The notes beneath the pieces are model-generated. The model made no database searches. It saw nothing but the letters and a program-made list of their open reading frames with translations, and had not been told where the DNA came from. Shown one piece after another: positions 11,281 to 20,034 of a stretch of DNA of 32,000 bases (positions are counted from its first letter, which is position 1; every line of letters starts with the position of its first letter). The stretch lies in the NCBI RefSeq assembly GCF_035285525.1, contig NZ_JAYKGW010000141.1, positions 31,068-63,067 of the forward strand, read 5' to 3'. The DNA is from Okeania sp. GTDB taxonomy: Bacteria > Cyanobacteriota > Cyanobacteriia > Cyanobacteriales > Microcoleaceae. Position numbers and translations under genes: made by a program.

Positions 11281-11898
11281 TTACTTTATAATGAAATAAC
11301 TGATTCAATTTAGACTTACTAATATTTCTAGCTTTGGTATAGCCCAAAAGTTCTTACTTTTGTCCAGGTCTCTGGTAATTAGATTGTGAAATCTTCAAGT
11401 CTAGGTTTTAGTTTTACCAGAGTACATAAATTTTTTTCTCTAAAGTTTCAAGGTGTCTCTAAAGAAAGTGAGCCAGTAAACTTACGTCAACTTTCTCACA
11501 AATATTTCAATTTACAAAACATCCAACCATCCTAGCATTTATTTTGTTATAATGCAATATGTTGTGGCAATTAAAAATCAAGTTACAGACTAGGTATAAA
11601 TCTTTGGGTCTTTAACCTAGACGAAGATTTCCCGAAAGTAAAGATGTCAGTATTATTACTTCACGCTATAACAAAGAGTATCGGGTTATTTGAAAACTGA
11701 GAGAATTGTTTGACTTGTACTCCTAAATCATAGGAGGGTCATTATAAGAAAACTAGCGATGGACATGAATTTTATTTTTTATTTGTCATTGTTTAACATT
11801 ATAATAATAGAAAGTCTTAATATTTATCCAATTCTTCTGGTTCTCAAACTATCCTCTAAAGCACGAACTCTATTTTTTAGTTGGGATTCCTAATCTCT

Positions 11899-13206
11899 AT
11901 GCTACGAATAATTACTCAGTGGGTTGAAGCACAAGCTGAATTGAAAAGGATCGCAGAGCGTACCCACAACGATCTGGCTGTTCATAAAGAAACAACGGTG
12001 CGAGAAATTTTGCACTCCGTTAAAGATAAAGGTGATGAAGCTGTGTTAAACTATACTTCTAAGTTTGACCATATCACCTTGACTTCAGAAGAGTTAAAAG
12101 TAAGTGCTTCTGAGTTAGATGTGGCTTATCAGCAAGTCAAGAAGGAGTTACTAAATTCAATTCGTTTAGCTGCTAAACAAATAGAAGTTTTTCATCGACA
12201 AAGAGTTCCTCAGTCATGGGTTCAATTTGGTGATGATGAAGTAGTTTTGGGCAAACGCTACACTCCTGTTGATAGAGCTGGACTTTATGTCCCTGGTGGC
12301 CAGGCTGCTTATCCTAGTACGGTTCTGATGAATGCTATTCCTGCTAAGGTGGCTAAAGTCCCGAAAATTGTAATGGTGACACCTCCTGGTCAAGGAGGAA
12401 AAATTAACCCGGCTGTACTTGTGGCTGCTCAAGAAGCAGGTATTCAAGAAATTTATCGGATCGGAGGCGCTCAGGCAATAGCTGCTCTAGCTTATGGTAC
12501 TGAGACTATTCCTAAAGTAGATGTGATTACTGGGCCTGGTAATATTTATGTAACTTTGGCCAAGAAAAATGTTTATGGTACTGTAGGTATTGATTCTTTA
12601 GCTGGGCCATCAGAGGTTTTGATTATTGCAGATTCTCAGGCTAATCCGGTTTATCTGGCTGCAGATATGTTGGCTCAAGCGGAACATGATTCTTTGGCTG
12701 CTGCTATTTTATTGACTACAGATGCAGCATTAGCACGTCAGGTGGTGGTGGAGGTGGAACGACAACTCCAGGATCATCCGCGTCGCACCTTGACAGAAAA
12801 GGCGATCGCCCATTATGGTTTGGTGGTGGTGGTTGAATCTCTGGAGGCTGCTGCTAAACTTTCTAATCAATTTGCTCCAGAACATTTGGAATTAGAAGTT
12901 TCAAATGCTTGGAAACTATTGGAAGATATTCGCCATGCTGGTGCTATTTTTCTTGGTTATTCAACTCCGGAGGCTGTGGGGGACTATTTGGCTGGACCAA
13001 ATCACACTTTGCCAACTTCTGGTGCGGCTCGTTATGCTTCGGCATTAGGGGTAGAAACTTTTATGAAACATTCGAGTTTGGTTCAATATTCTCCTACTGC
13101 TTTACAAAAGGTTGCTTCTGCTATTGACGTATTGGCTACTGCTGAGGGTTTACCTTCTCATGCTAACTCGGTTAGATTGAGGATGAAAACTCAGGACAAC
13201 GAATAA
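11899..13206 (+). CDS. hisD: Histidinol dehydrogenase
   Basis: Contains GLYVPGG, ITGPGNIYV, GPSEVLIIAD, AQAEHD and GPNHTLPTSGAARY. The ATG at 11899 (MLRIITQ) is preferred over the in-frame TTG at 11881 used by the track. Confidence 0.93.
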   Translation: MLRIITQWVEAQAELKRIAERTHNDLAVHKETTVREILHSVKDKGDEAVLNYTSKFDHITLTSEELKVSASELDVAYQQVKKELLNSIRLAAKQIEVFHRQRVPQSWVQFGDDEVVLGKRYTPVDRAGLYVPGGQAAYPSTVLMNAIPAKVAKVPKIVMVTPPGQGGKINPAVLVAAQEAGIQEIYRIGGAQAIAALAYGTETIPKVDVITGPGNIYVTLAKKNVYGTVGIDSLAGPSEVLIIADSQANPVYLAADMLAQAEHDSLAAAILLTTDAALARQVVVEVERQLQDHPRRTLTEKAIAHYGLVVVVESLEAAAKLSNQFAPEHLELEVSNAWKLLEDIRHAGAIFLGYSTPEAVGDYLAGPNHTLPTSGAARYASALGVETFMKHSSLVQYSPTALQKVASAIDVLATAEGLPSHANSVRLRMKTQDNE

Positions 13207-13431
13207 CCAGAGTGGGTAAAACCAGAAAAAATTAGTCAGCCACATGATGGCCAAAGTTTGTAAATAATGTTATGTTACTCCCGTTAGAATCTTTAGGATC
13301 GCGGGAGAATATGTCATTTTAGTTATCAGTTACTTATACCAACCTTGATAAATGTTTGTTACATACGGTAGAAGTGAAGAAACCTTTTCGATAATTACTA
13401 AGCAAGGTTAAATCAACAAAATTTGACAAAG

Positions 13432-13543
13432 TAGACATCTCCAAAAATAAAAAGTAAAATCAATTATTATCTACAAATTATCAATTCTTCTTCCCAGTTA
13501 AGCGCGGTTGTGTTCCCTGTTCCCTCTTTCCTGGAGATGTCTA
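13432..13543. mobile_element. 112-bp element with perfect 12-bp terminal inverted repeats (TAGACATCTCCA / TGGAGATGTCTA) carrying GTTCCCT heptamers
   Basis: Arms at 13432-13443 and 13532-13543, with the heptamers at 13512-13527. Confidence 0.6.
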
Positions 13544-13934
13544 GTAGTAGTGAAAAATTAATTTCCTAGTTGAGAGAGAAAATAGAAAACAGGAAGTCAA
13601 GGAGTAACAAAATATTTAATTAGTTGGGCATTGTACTTAATGATAGACATGGAAATAAATTATAAAATTTCCACTTAGGTTAAGTGACCAAAAAATTAGG
13701 ATGAAAGACACACAACCATAGAAATATCAAGGAACAATTACTCCTATTTCCCACATTCTTCACTCTGCCTATTTTTCTGTATCAAATAAATCATAATTTG
13801 AAATTGAGATAAATTATAACATCCAAGTGTCAAACTTTTAATAAAGTAAAAAAACAAAATTTTCTTTAAATCTGGTCACTTTGACTATACAGTAAATTAA
13901 GACTATTTTTATAAAATTAGACAAAGCAAGACCA

Positions 13935-14516
13935 ATGAAAAATTTTTTCAAGCAGTCTATAGTTACACTTACGACTTTAGGGTTATTGACTTTATCTTCT
14001 ATCGTTCTGGCGCAGGGTGTAAGGTTTGACAAAAAAGAAGTTGACCAATCAAGATATATTGCAATTGCTATTCCCCGCCGTTCTTTCCCACCACAATTAG
14101 TAATAATAGAGCAAAAAACAGATGAGAGGCTATGCTGGAGTGAAAGTGGCGATCGCCCTACATTTGTGGATCTTTTGTTACTAAATTTTAATTTTACAGG
14201 TATTTGTGGACGTGCTACGGATAGTAATGGTTATTCTATCCGAATGGCTGATACTGATCTTGCTCTTGATTATGGTTTCTCTATAGAAAATATTGGAGGG
14301 GATATGGAACTAAGAGGTGTTCCTCGTGGCAACCCTAATGGACCAAAAATAGCAATTGGCAGAACTTATGGTTTGGCAAATGGACCTACTAAAATTATTC
14401 TTGAACCTGGATGGCGGTTTACTAAAAGAACTTTTCAGGGTAAAGAATTAGGGCATATCTATATGACTACTGACTGGTTACCAGAAGAGTTAGAATACCT
14501 TAAGCCTAAATATTAA
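13935..14516 (+). CDS. Secreted or periplasmic protein of unknown function with an N-terminal signal peptide
   Basis: MKNFFKQSIVTLTTLGLLTLSSIVLAQG looks like a Sec signal with an AxA-like cleavage site. The ORF has coding-like composition. I cannot assign a family without a search. Confidence 0.7.
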   Translation: MKNFFKQSIVTLTTLGLLTLSSIVLAQGVRFDKKEVDQSRYIAIAIPRRSFPPQLVIIEQKTDERLCWSESGDRPTFVDLLLLNFNFTGICGRATDSNGYSIRMADTDLALDYGFSIENIGGDMELRGVPRGNPNGPKIAIGRTYGLANGPTKIILEPGWRFTKRTFQGKELGHIYMTTDWLPEELEYLKPKY

Positions 14517-14533
14517 TATTATATTATAATAAG

Positions 14534-14585
14534 GGACTAACCACAAATCTAATCAAAGCGCTTAAGTCGCTTAAATGGTTAGTCC
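14534..14585. other. Nested stem-loop: 10-bp stem GGACTAACCA / TGGTTAGTCC enclosing AAGCG...CGCTT
   Basis: Read directly, 18 nt after the stop of the 13935-14516 gene. No U-tract follows, so this is not a classical terminator. Confidence 0.4.
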
Positions 14586-14940
14586 AGCCTACTTAGCAGT
14601 AAGTCAACGTCCTGATCGGTAATAATAGGTCGTATGGGGGTGGCCAGTTCTGACCTAAGAGTGTTTGGCATTAAACAGGTAAAGAGTAGGGAGAGGGAGT
14701 AGGGAGCAGTTAAGAGTTAGGATTTAGGAGAGTTGTAGTAGAGGTGGTCATGTCCGATCCCCTGTTAGTTTTGCTGTCATAATTACCTCAAAATCCTTAC
14801 TTTTTCCACTCCATTAACGAAAAATTTGGTACCTTTATGGTTCCCGATAAATCAGTTACCACATATTTTTCAAACCTTTATCTCTCAATGGTTATATATT
14901 TAATCAGCAAGCCCTAATTATCAAGATTAATGGAAATTTA

Positions 14941-14971
14941 AAAAAGCGGTTATTAAAAATAACCGCTTTTT
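14941..14971. terminator. Symmetric rho-independent terminator, potentially bidirectional
   Basis: AAAAAGCGGTTATT-AAA-AATAACCGCTTTTT has a perfect stem flanked by an A-run and a T-run. No annotated gene ends nearby. Confidence 0.7.
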
Positions 14972-15070
14972 AATACTTCTCAACACCACTTAAAAAGGTT
15001 TATGACACAAAAATAATTAGTGTCTTAATTTAACGATACTAGAGATTTTTAACAGAAGTAATAATCAGAA

Positions 15071-15162
15071 AGAGCATCGACGACTGGCCGTGTTTCGTCT
15101 CGATGCTCTCGCTGACTTCGCTCCTCACACCACACATAGTCTAACCTACTAGACTCGTTTTG
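15071..15162 (+). ncRNA. yfr1: Candidate Yfr1-family small RNA
   Basis: The 5' stem-loop pairs AGAGCATCGA (15071-15080) with TCGATGCTCT (15100-15109). An unpaired CTCCTCACAC at 15121-15130 matches 10 of 11 bases of the Yfr1 signature ACUCCUCACAC. A second hairpin (AGTCTA/TAGACT, 15138-15155) is followed by CGTTTTGT. A -10-like AATAAT sits at 15060-15065. The 3' end is uncertain; a T8 run lies at 15178-15185. Confidence 0.55.
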
Positions 15163-15206
15163 TCACTACTTTTAGGATTTTTTTTATAAATATTGAAAGT
15201 CTTAGA

Positions 15207-15299
15207 TCAGGACTTACGCAAGGGTACTATATATAGAGTTGAAAAACTATTGCACAACAGTTTTAAACGCTACATCTAGGGTCGCTGCGTAAGTCCTGA
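15207..15299. mobile_element. 93-bp MITE-like element with 14-bp terminal inverted repeats TCAGGACTTACGCA / TGCGTAAGTCCTGA
   Basis: Arms at 15207-15220 and 15286-15299. It can also be read as 13-bp repeats flanked by an AGAT duplication. Its left ~33 bp recur at 18778-18810. Confidence 0.65.
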
Positions 15300-15316
15300 G
15301 ATATCAAAAGTTTTGG

Positions 15317-15440
15317 GTGCATCTCAATATTTGCCAAAATACTTTTTTCCTCCATACCTATTCTCTATTCCCTCCATACCTATTTCCTGTTCCCTGTTCC
15401 CACCTTCTGTGTTCCCTGTTCCCTATGAACTGAGATAGAC
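15317..15440 (+). mobile_element. IR-bounded heptamer-carrying element (here called R2): GTGCATCTCAAT, then ATTTGCCAAAATACTTTTTTCC, then a CCC-rich heptamer array, then TGAGATAGAC
   Basis: An inverted homologue lies at 20035-20148 and a partial homologue at 24136-24215. Confidence 0.55.
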
Positions 15441-15448
15441 CCAAAGTT

Positions 15449-16342
15449 TTACTGTTTGGCTAACCAATCTAAAATTAAGGAGTTAACTATTTTGGGTCTT
15501 TCGTCATGGGGACAATGACCTGTGTCTGGTATGGATTCAAATTGAAGAGCTTGGCCTTTTGCTGCTAAGTCTTGATAAATTTTGGCTCCAGATATTGGTG
15601 TCCAAGGGTCGTTTTCTCCCCAAATTACTAATAATGGTGCTTTAATTTTGGGTAACAATTCTGAGGGGTGAGGGCCGGGAGGGGCTGTGAGAATAGAGGC
15701 GAAAACTTTTTGCGCTCCAGTATCGCAGGAGGGACGATGGATTATTTCGACTAATTCTTCTGTGACGGCTTCTGTATTTCTATATACTTGTTTGAGGGTG
15801 TTGCGGATACGATGTTTTTGACGGACTTGGTTAAAAATAAATAGTCCTAATGCTGGGGAACTGACTAATTTGGTGAACATTCCCATGATGAATCTCAGGG
15901 GTGGGTTGAGTTCTTGGGGTCTATGGTTTAAGCCTCCGGCACAGTTGATGAGGATTCCGCCTCTGGAAATTTCTGGGTGGTCTGCTAGGAGCATTAGGCT
16001 GAGTAATCCGCCTATGGAGTTGCCAATAAATATGGTGGGTTTTTGGATATGTTGGTTCCAAAAGTCGTATAATAATTGTTGCCAAAGTTCAAGATGATAG
16101 TTTAGGGGTGGCTTAGAAGATGCTCCGAATCCTAGTAAGTCTAGGGCGAATACTTGATAGTTGGCGGCGGCGAGGGTGGGGATATTATTACGCCAGTGGC
16201 CGATACAACCTCCGAAACCATGTATTAGGACTAGGGGTTGTCCTGTTCCCATGACGGTATATTGGATTTGGTGGTTTTTCCAAGTCCAGGTTTGTAGCTG
16301 TAGTTGATTTGCTAATGGTGGGTTAATTATGGTTTGGTTCAT
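15449..16342 (-). CDS. Alpha/beta-fold hydrolase
   Basis: Has the oxyanion-region motif LIHGFGG, the nucleophile elbow GNSIGG, and C-terminal GHCPHDE. The length of 297 aa is typical. Confidence 0.85.
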   Translation of the reverse strand: MNQTIINPPLANQLQLQTWTWKNHQIQYTVMGTGQPLVLIHGFGGCIGHWRNNIPTLAAANYQVFALDLLGFGASSKPPLNYHLELWQQLLYDFWNQHIQKPTIFIGNSIGGLLSLMLLADHPEISRGGILINCAGGLNHRPQELNPPLRFIMGMFTKLVSSPALGLFIFNQVRQKHRIRNTLKQVYRNTEAVTEELVEIIHRPSCDTGAQKVFASILTAPPGPHPSELLPKIKAPLLVIWGENDPWTPISGAKIYQDLAAKGQALQFESIPDTGHCPHDERPKIVNSLILDWLAKQ

Positions 16343-16380
16343 TTTCTAAAGTTTTGTAAAGCTTTTTAATAATTATAAAG

Positions 16381-16409
16381 GAAGAAGGAAGAGGGAAGAA
16401 GGAAGAAGT
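16381..16409. repeat. Heptamer array (GGAAGAA-type)
   Basis: GAAGAAGGAAGAGGGAAGAAGGAAGAAG lies 39 nt upstream of the hydrolase start. The same family occurs at 19845-19878. Confidence 0.85.
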
Positions 16410-16530
16410 GTAATTGATGTTTGGTATTTTAATCTGATTAAAGTTTGGGTTTGGAGACCAAACCCCTACGAGAAAATTTGACAATATAAGCCATGATTTT
16501 TATATGGAAATAGAGATATAATCATCCTAA

Positions 16531-16617
16531 ATAAAAATAGTAATTAACTCTTAAGTTTACTAACAAATATTTGATATTCTGAAGTAGCTAATCCCTGTTG
16601 AAGTACATTTGATAATT
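16531..16617 (-). repeat. 87-bp duplicate of the 3' end of the Uma2 pseudogene plus downstream sequence
   Basis: Matches 16885-16971 with about 6 mismatches at an offset of 354 bp. Confidence 0.8.
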
Positions 16618-16897
16618 TTATTTTCATCCAAATAAATAGACATATACTTACTTTCATTAATTGATAATGGATTATTACCTCTCCCTAAAAGGGAGAGAAT
16701 TGACTAAAAAGAAAAGATTTATTTTTTTGCTCTTAAAAGGGGAGGTTTCAAGGCGCGAATTATTTAATTATTTAATTATTTAATTATTTCGGCAACTAAA
16801 AATTATAATTACAGTGTATTTAATAATTTTTTTGACGTTTAGTTATGGGATGTGTTATGACAAGCAAGATGCTTGTGTTGCTATATAAAAATAGTAA

Positions 16898-17882
16898 TTA
16901 ACTGTTAAGTTTACTAACAAATATTTGATATTCTGAACTAGCTAATACCTGTTGAAGTACATTTAATACTTCGGCTAAATTTCCGTCTATTAAAGATTTA
17001 ACTGATAACCATAATCCAGGAAAAACTTGACTCTTAATAATTTCATTTTCATTCATAGAAACAGAAACAGAAATATATTCCCTTTTAGATAATCGAAACT
17101 AACTTAATTATTGTTCGTAAACTTTCCAAGCTAAATATTCTTTTTCCTAATCATTCAGCTATTAGCTGTCAGCTATCAGCAATAAAAAACCTCAAGTTTA
17201 AGGACGAGATTTAAAGGAATATAGACTTTAAAACTGGCTTTTATAGCAAATAAAATTTCTGATTGATCGGGAACCGTATAATGAAGTTTTTATCAAAAAC
17301 TAAAAGCAATAGCTGACGGCTGTTTGCGCAGCATTCCCCAGGAAATGCTGACGGTTAAATGCTTGCCTTTTATCGAAAGAAAAATTAGGTCTAAAATCTT
17401 TTGCTTTAGTAAGAGGTACTGATAACTGATAACTGATAACTGATAACTGAAATAACTCCATTACATTGATCAACTTTTATTTATCATGTAAATCATAAGC
17501 AGCACTACTAGCAGCAACTTCAACAATTAATTCTGGCGCACCTTCTATATAATCATCCTTGCTAATTTTTGCTTGTCCTCCTAAACTTGGTTCAATAAAT
17601 AGCATGGCATCTGGTTGAGGTTCATTATTTTTGTCTAAACGGGTAAGTAGCATTATCGACACCCTTAACTCCTGGAGTTCCAGCAGTATATACTCCCAAC
17701 CAACAGTTAATTTGAAAATGAGGTTGTCCGTGGGCAGAAAATCTTAATGGTGAAGCCATATAAACGATTCCTTCAATAAGTTCAGCTTTTTGATGTTTTA
17801 CCATAGCAAAATAGCGCTTTTCAAATTCATTTCTAGTTAAGCGATCGCCATTTTCTAAAGGTATGATTTTCGTTATGTTCAT
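16898..17882 (-). pseudogene. Uma2-family (DUF820) putative endonuclease, disrupted by a frameshift, a premature stop, a ~340-bp insertion and C-terminal decay
   Basis: The N-terminal part (17882-17625) reads PLENGDRLTRNEFEKRYFAMVKHQKAELIEGIVYMASP. The reading frame shifts near 17650, continuing as RLDKNNEPQPDAMLFI...GAPELIVEVAASSAAYDLHDK and stopping at 17477. The C-terminal remnant at 17056-16898 reads IIKSQVFPGLWLSVKSLIDGNLAEVLNVLQQ. Repeat-rich DNA fills 17135-17476 in between. Confidence 0.75.
17419..17452. repeat. Heptamer array (CTGATAA/TGATAAC) x4-5
   Basis: Read directly. The same family occurs at 28909-28930 and in reverse at 25455-25473. Confidence 0.9.
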
Positions 17883-18079
17883 GGTTTTAATAAAAGATTA
17901 AAAATCAGATACCAATCTAAACAGGTTGTAAAATTTTATCCTAGGGATTAGATAATACTAAGTCCCCATATAATAAAAGGTGTTAACTAATTATTTATAC
18001 GCCTTTTTTAGCCAGGATTTGGTAAGATAATAGAATGATATTAAATCTCACTAAAGTAAATATAAATTGGGAGCAAGCA

Positions 18080-18622
18080 ATGGGAAGTAAATGTGATTTT
18101 ACTCAGATTCAGGCTGGAGATAACCTTTCTGAAGTGCAGTATTACTCCGTGACGAAAGTGCTAGAAGATGAGTTGGAACTGACAAATGAGAGAGGGTATC
18201 CGATAACAGTAGCCAAGGATATCGTAGAAGAAGGTATGTATTCCGCCCAACAATACCAGAAAGAGGAAAAGGTAACTCGTACAGAGTTATGTGAGTTATT
18301 GGAAGGTGCAGGAGATACTGTATTTACTGTCAACTTTCGCAAGAAAATTAAAGAAGAAGATGTCTTGGAGGCTGTTTTATCAACTCTGAAAGGACAAGAG
18401 TTAACCAGTCCACAGGTAAAAAAGCAGTTGAAAGCTGCTGTTAAGCAAGCGCTTCAAGGGGAGGAACGTACACTTGTTGGGTATCTCTTAGAGATAGAAC
18501 CTAAGATGGGACGTAGCCAAGTTATCGATCTGGAGGCCAAAGGAGACTATCGCACCCGTCTCGTGGATCATCGGACTATTAACTGGCTCATTCTTAAGAA
18601 TATCAAATATGTACAAAAGTAA
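18080..18622 (+). CDS. Hypothetical protein, 180 aa, family not recognised
   Basis: GGGAG lies 6 nt upstream of the ATG at 18080, which is preferred over the 18035 start. The ORF has coding-like composition, a charged middle region and a C-terminal GRSQVIDLE...RLVDHRTINWLILKNIKYV block. Confidence 0.65.
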   Translation: MGSKCDFTQIQAGDNLSEVQYYSVTKVLEDELELTNERGYPITVAKDIVEEGMYSAQQYQKEEKVTRTELCELLEGAGDTVFTVNFRKKIKEEDVLEAVLSTLKGQELTSPQVKKQLKAAVKQALQGEERTLVGYLLEIEPKMGRSQVIDLEAKGDYRTRLVDHRTINWLILKNIKYVQK

Positions 18623-18644
18623 GGAATAAGGCTTATTGCTACTT

Positions 18645-18682
18645 GAAAATAGCGCTTTTCAAATTTCCCCCTAGTTAAGCAC
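18645..18682 (-). pseudogene. Short relic of a second Uma2-family 5' region
   Basis: AAAATAGCGCTTTTCAAATT...CTAGTTAAGC matches 17808-17842 at 30 of 35 positions. The minus-strand translation is LTRGKFEKRYF. Confidence 0.5.
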
Positions 18683-18777
18683 TATTTCATAATAAACTAT
18701 TTTTTTGAAAGAAGAGAAATGTATTTTTTTCAATTTCATACAAAAGTTTTCTAACTAAATAATTATTAATTATTAAT

Positions 18778-18846
18778 CAGGACTTACGCAAAGGCACTAT
18801 ATATAGATTTTCGGTGCGTTACGCTGGCGCTAACACACCTTACTAG
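18778..18846. mobile_element. 69-bp composite small repeat inserted in an AATTATT heptamer array
   Basis: It starts with CAGGACTTACGCAAAGGCACTATATATAGATT, homologous to the left end of the 15207 element. It then has the palindrome-like GGTGCGTTACGCTGGCGCTAACACACC. It is flanked by the 23-bp direct repeat CTAAATAATTATTAATTATTAAT at 18755-18777 and 18847-18869. Confidence 0.55.
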
Positions 18847-18871
18847 CTAAATAATTATTAATTATTAATTA

Positions 18872-19828
18872 TTAATTATTCATTCTATTTTCAACCATCA
18901 TCCGTACAACATCTGGCATTTTATAATTTGCTTTCCATCCTAATTTTTGTTCAGCTTTAATTGGATTTGCTCTACCTACAGAAATATCAGTAGGGCGATA
19001 TAAATTCTCATCTACTTCTACATAATTTTCCCAATTTAATCCTACAGAATTAAAAGCTTCAATGACAAAATTTTGCAAAGGATAGGTTTCTCCAGTAGCA
19101 ATTACATAATCATCTGGTTCATCTTGCTGCAACATTAAATACATTGCTTCTACATATTCTGGCGCCCACCCCCAATCTCTTTGTACTGAAATATTTCCTA
19201 AGTTTAATTTCTCATTACTACCTTGAGCTATTTGACAAACAACTGAGACTATTTTTTGGGTTACAAAACGTTGAGGTCGGAGAGGAGATTCATGGTTAAA
19301 TAAAATTCCAGAACAAGCAAATAAATTATAAGCTTCTCGATAATTTGCTACTTCCCAAAAAGCCGCAGATTTAGCAACAGCGTAAGGACTTCTAGGGCGA
19401 AATGGAGTAGTTTCTGTAGCAGGTTCGCCTTTTGTATCGCCAAAACATTCACTAGAACTAGCATTATATAATTTGATTTTGGCTCCAGTAAAACGAATTG
19501 CTTCTAATAAGTTTAAGGTACCAGTGGCGATACTTTCTAATGTTTCTACAGGTTGTTGAAAAGATAAGCCTACGGAACTTTGACCAGCTAAATTATAGAC
19601 TTCATCTGGTTGATATTTTGTTAATATTTGTAAGACGCTTCTAAAGTCATTTAAAGACATGGAGTCTAACTTTATATTATCACGAATACCTAAACGAGAT
19701 AGGTTGTTAAAGGTAGACATTTGAGCATCTCTGGAGGTGCCACAAACGTTGTAATTTTTTTCTAGTAATAATTTGGCTAAGTAGGAACCGTCTTGACCAG
19801 AAATTCCGGAAATTAATGCTGTTTTCAT
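18872..19828 (-). CDS. gmd: GDP-mannose 4,6-dehydratase (short-chain dehydrogenase/reductase family)
   Basis: Contains ISGISGQDGSYLAKLLLEKNY (GxxGxxG), SSSECFG, SPYAVAK (YxxxK), ILFNHESPLR and RDWGWAPEYVEAM, which match the short-form bacterial Gmd pattern. Confidence 0.85.
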   Translation of the reverse strand: MKTALISGISGQDGSYLAKLLLEKNYNVCGTSRDAQMSTFNNLSRLGIRDNIKLDSMSLNDFRSVLQILTKYQPDEVYNLAGQSSVGLSFQQPVETLESIATGTLNLLEAIRFTGAKIKLYNASSSECFGDTKGEPATETTPFRPRSPYAVAKSAAFWEVANYREAYNLFACSGILFNHESPLRPQRFVTQKIVSVVCQIAQGSNEKLNLGNISVQRDWGWAPEYVEAMYLMLQQDEPDDYVIATGETYPLQNFVIEAFNSVGLNWENYVEVDENLYRPTDISVGRANPIKAEQKLGWKANYKMPDVVRMMVENRMNN

Positions 19829-19844
19829 AGTTTTTAAGGAATTA

Positions 19845-19878
19845 AGAAGGAAGAAGGAAGAAGGAAGAAGGAAGAAGA
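19845..19878. repeat. Heptamer array (GAAGGAA) x~5
   Basis: Read directly, 17 nt upstream of the gmd start codon. Confidence 0.9.
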
Positions 19879-20034
19879 AATTAAATAAATTAATCTATAA
19901 AATCAATACAGTTCAGTTAAGGATTTTTTTTGGCAGTTCTATAATTTTAATAACTACTCTATCTAGCGGTTCCATCCTATAAAAGTTTTGGTATTATGTG
20001 AATCGTATTGAATTATAAGGGATAATTTTATTGG

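Noticed and set aside
11881-11898. TTG start extending hisD by 6 codons, and likewise the 18035 start extending the 180-aa ORF by 15 codons.
   Set aside because: The in-frame ATG at 11899 gives the typical MLRIITQ N-terminus. The ATG at 18080 has a GGGAG ribosome-binding site 6 nt upstream.
12214-13127. ORFs at 12214-12447(-) and 12909-13127(+) within hisD. The same applies to 15870-16097(+), 18142-18342(-) and 24235-24438(+) within other genes.
   Set aside because: They are embedded in well-supported CDSs on the opposite strand or in another frame.
14837-14917. Small ORFs in intergenic gaps: 26 aa at 14837-14917, 18 aa at 11644-11700, 44 aa at 11759-11893 and 21 aa at 29911-29976.
   Set aside because: They have no convincing ribosome-binding site, some overlap dispersed repeats, and none has a recognisable peptide motif. 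The ORF upstream of hisD is not His-rich, so it is not a his leader.
17135-17476. Possible separate gene or sRNA in the DNA interrupting the Uma2 pseudogene.
   Set aside because: The content is heptamer array plus GCTGA(C/T)AGC-type and CAGCATT...AATGCTG repeats that also occur at 29830-30180. There is no ORF or promoter-terminator pair.
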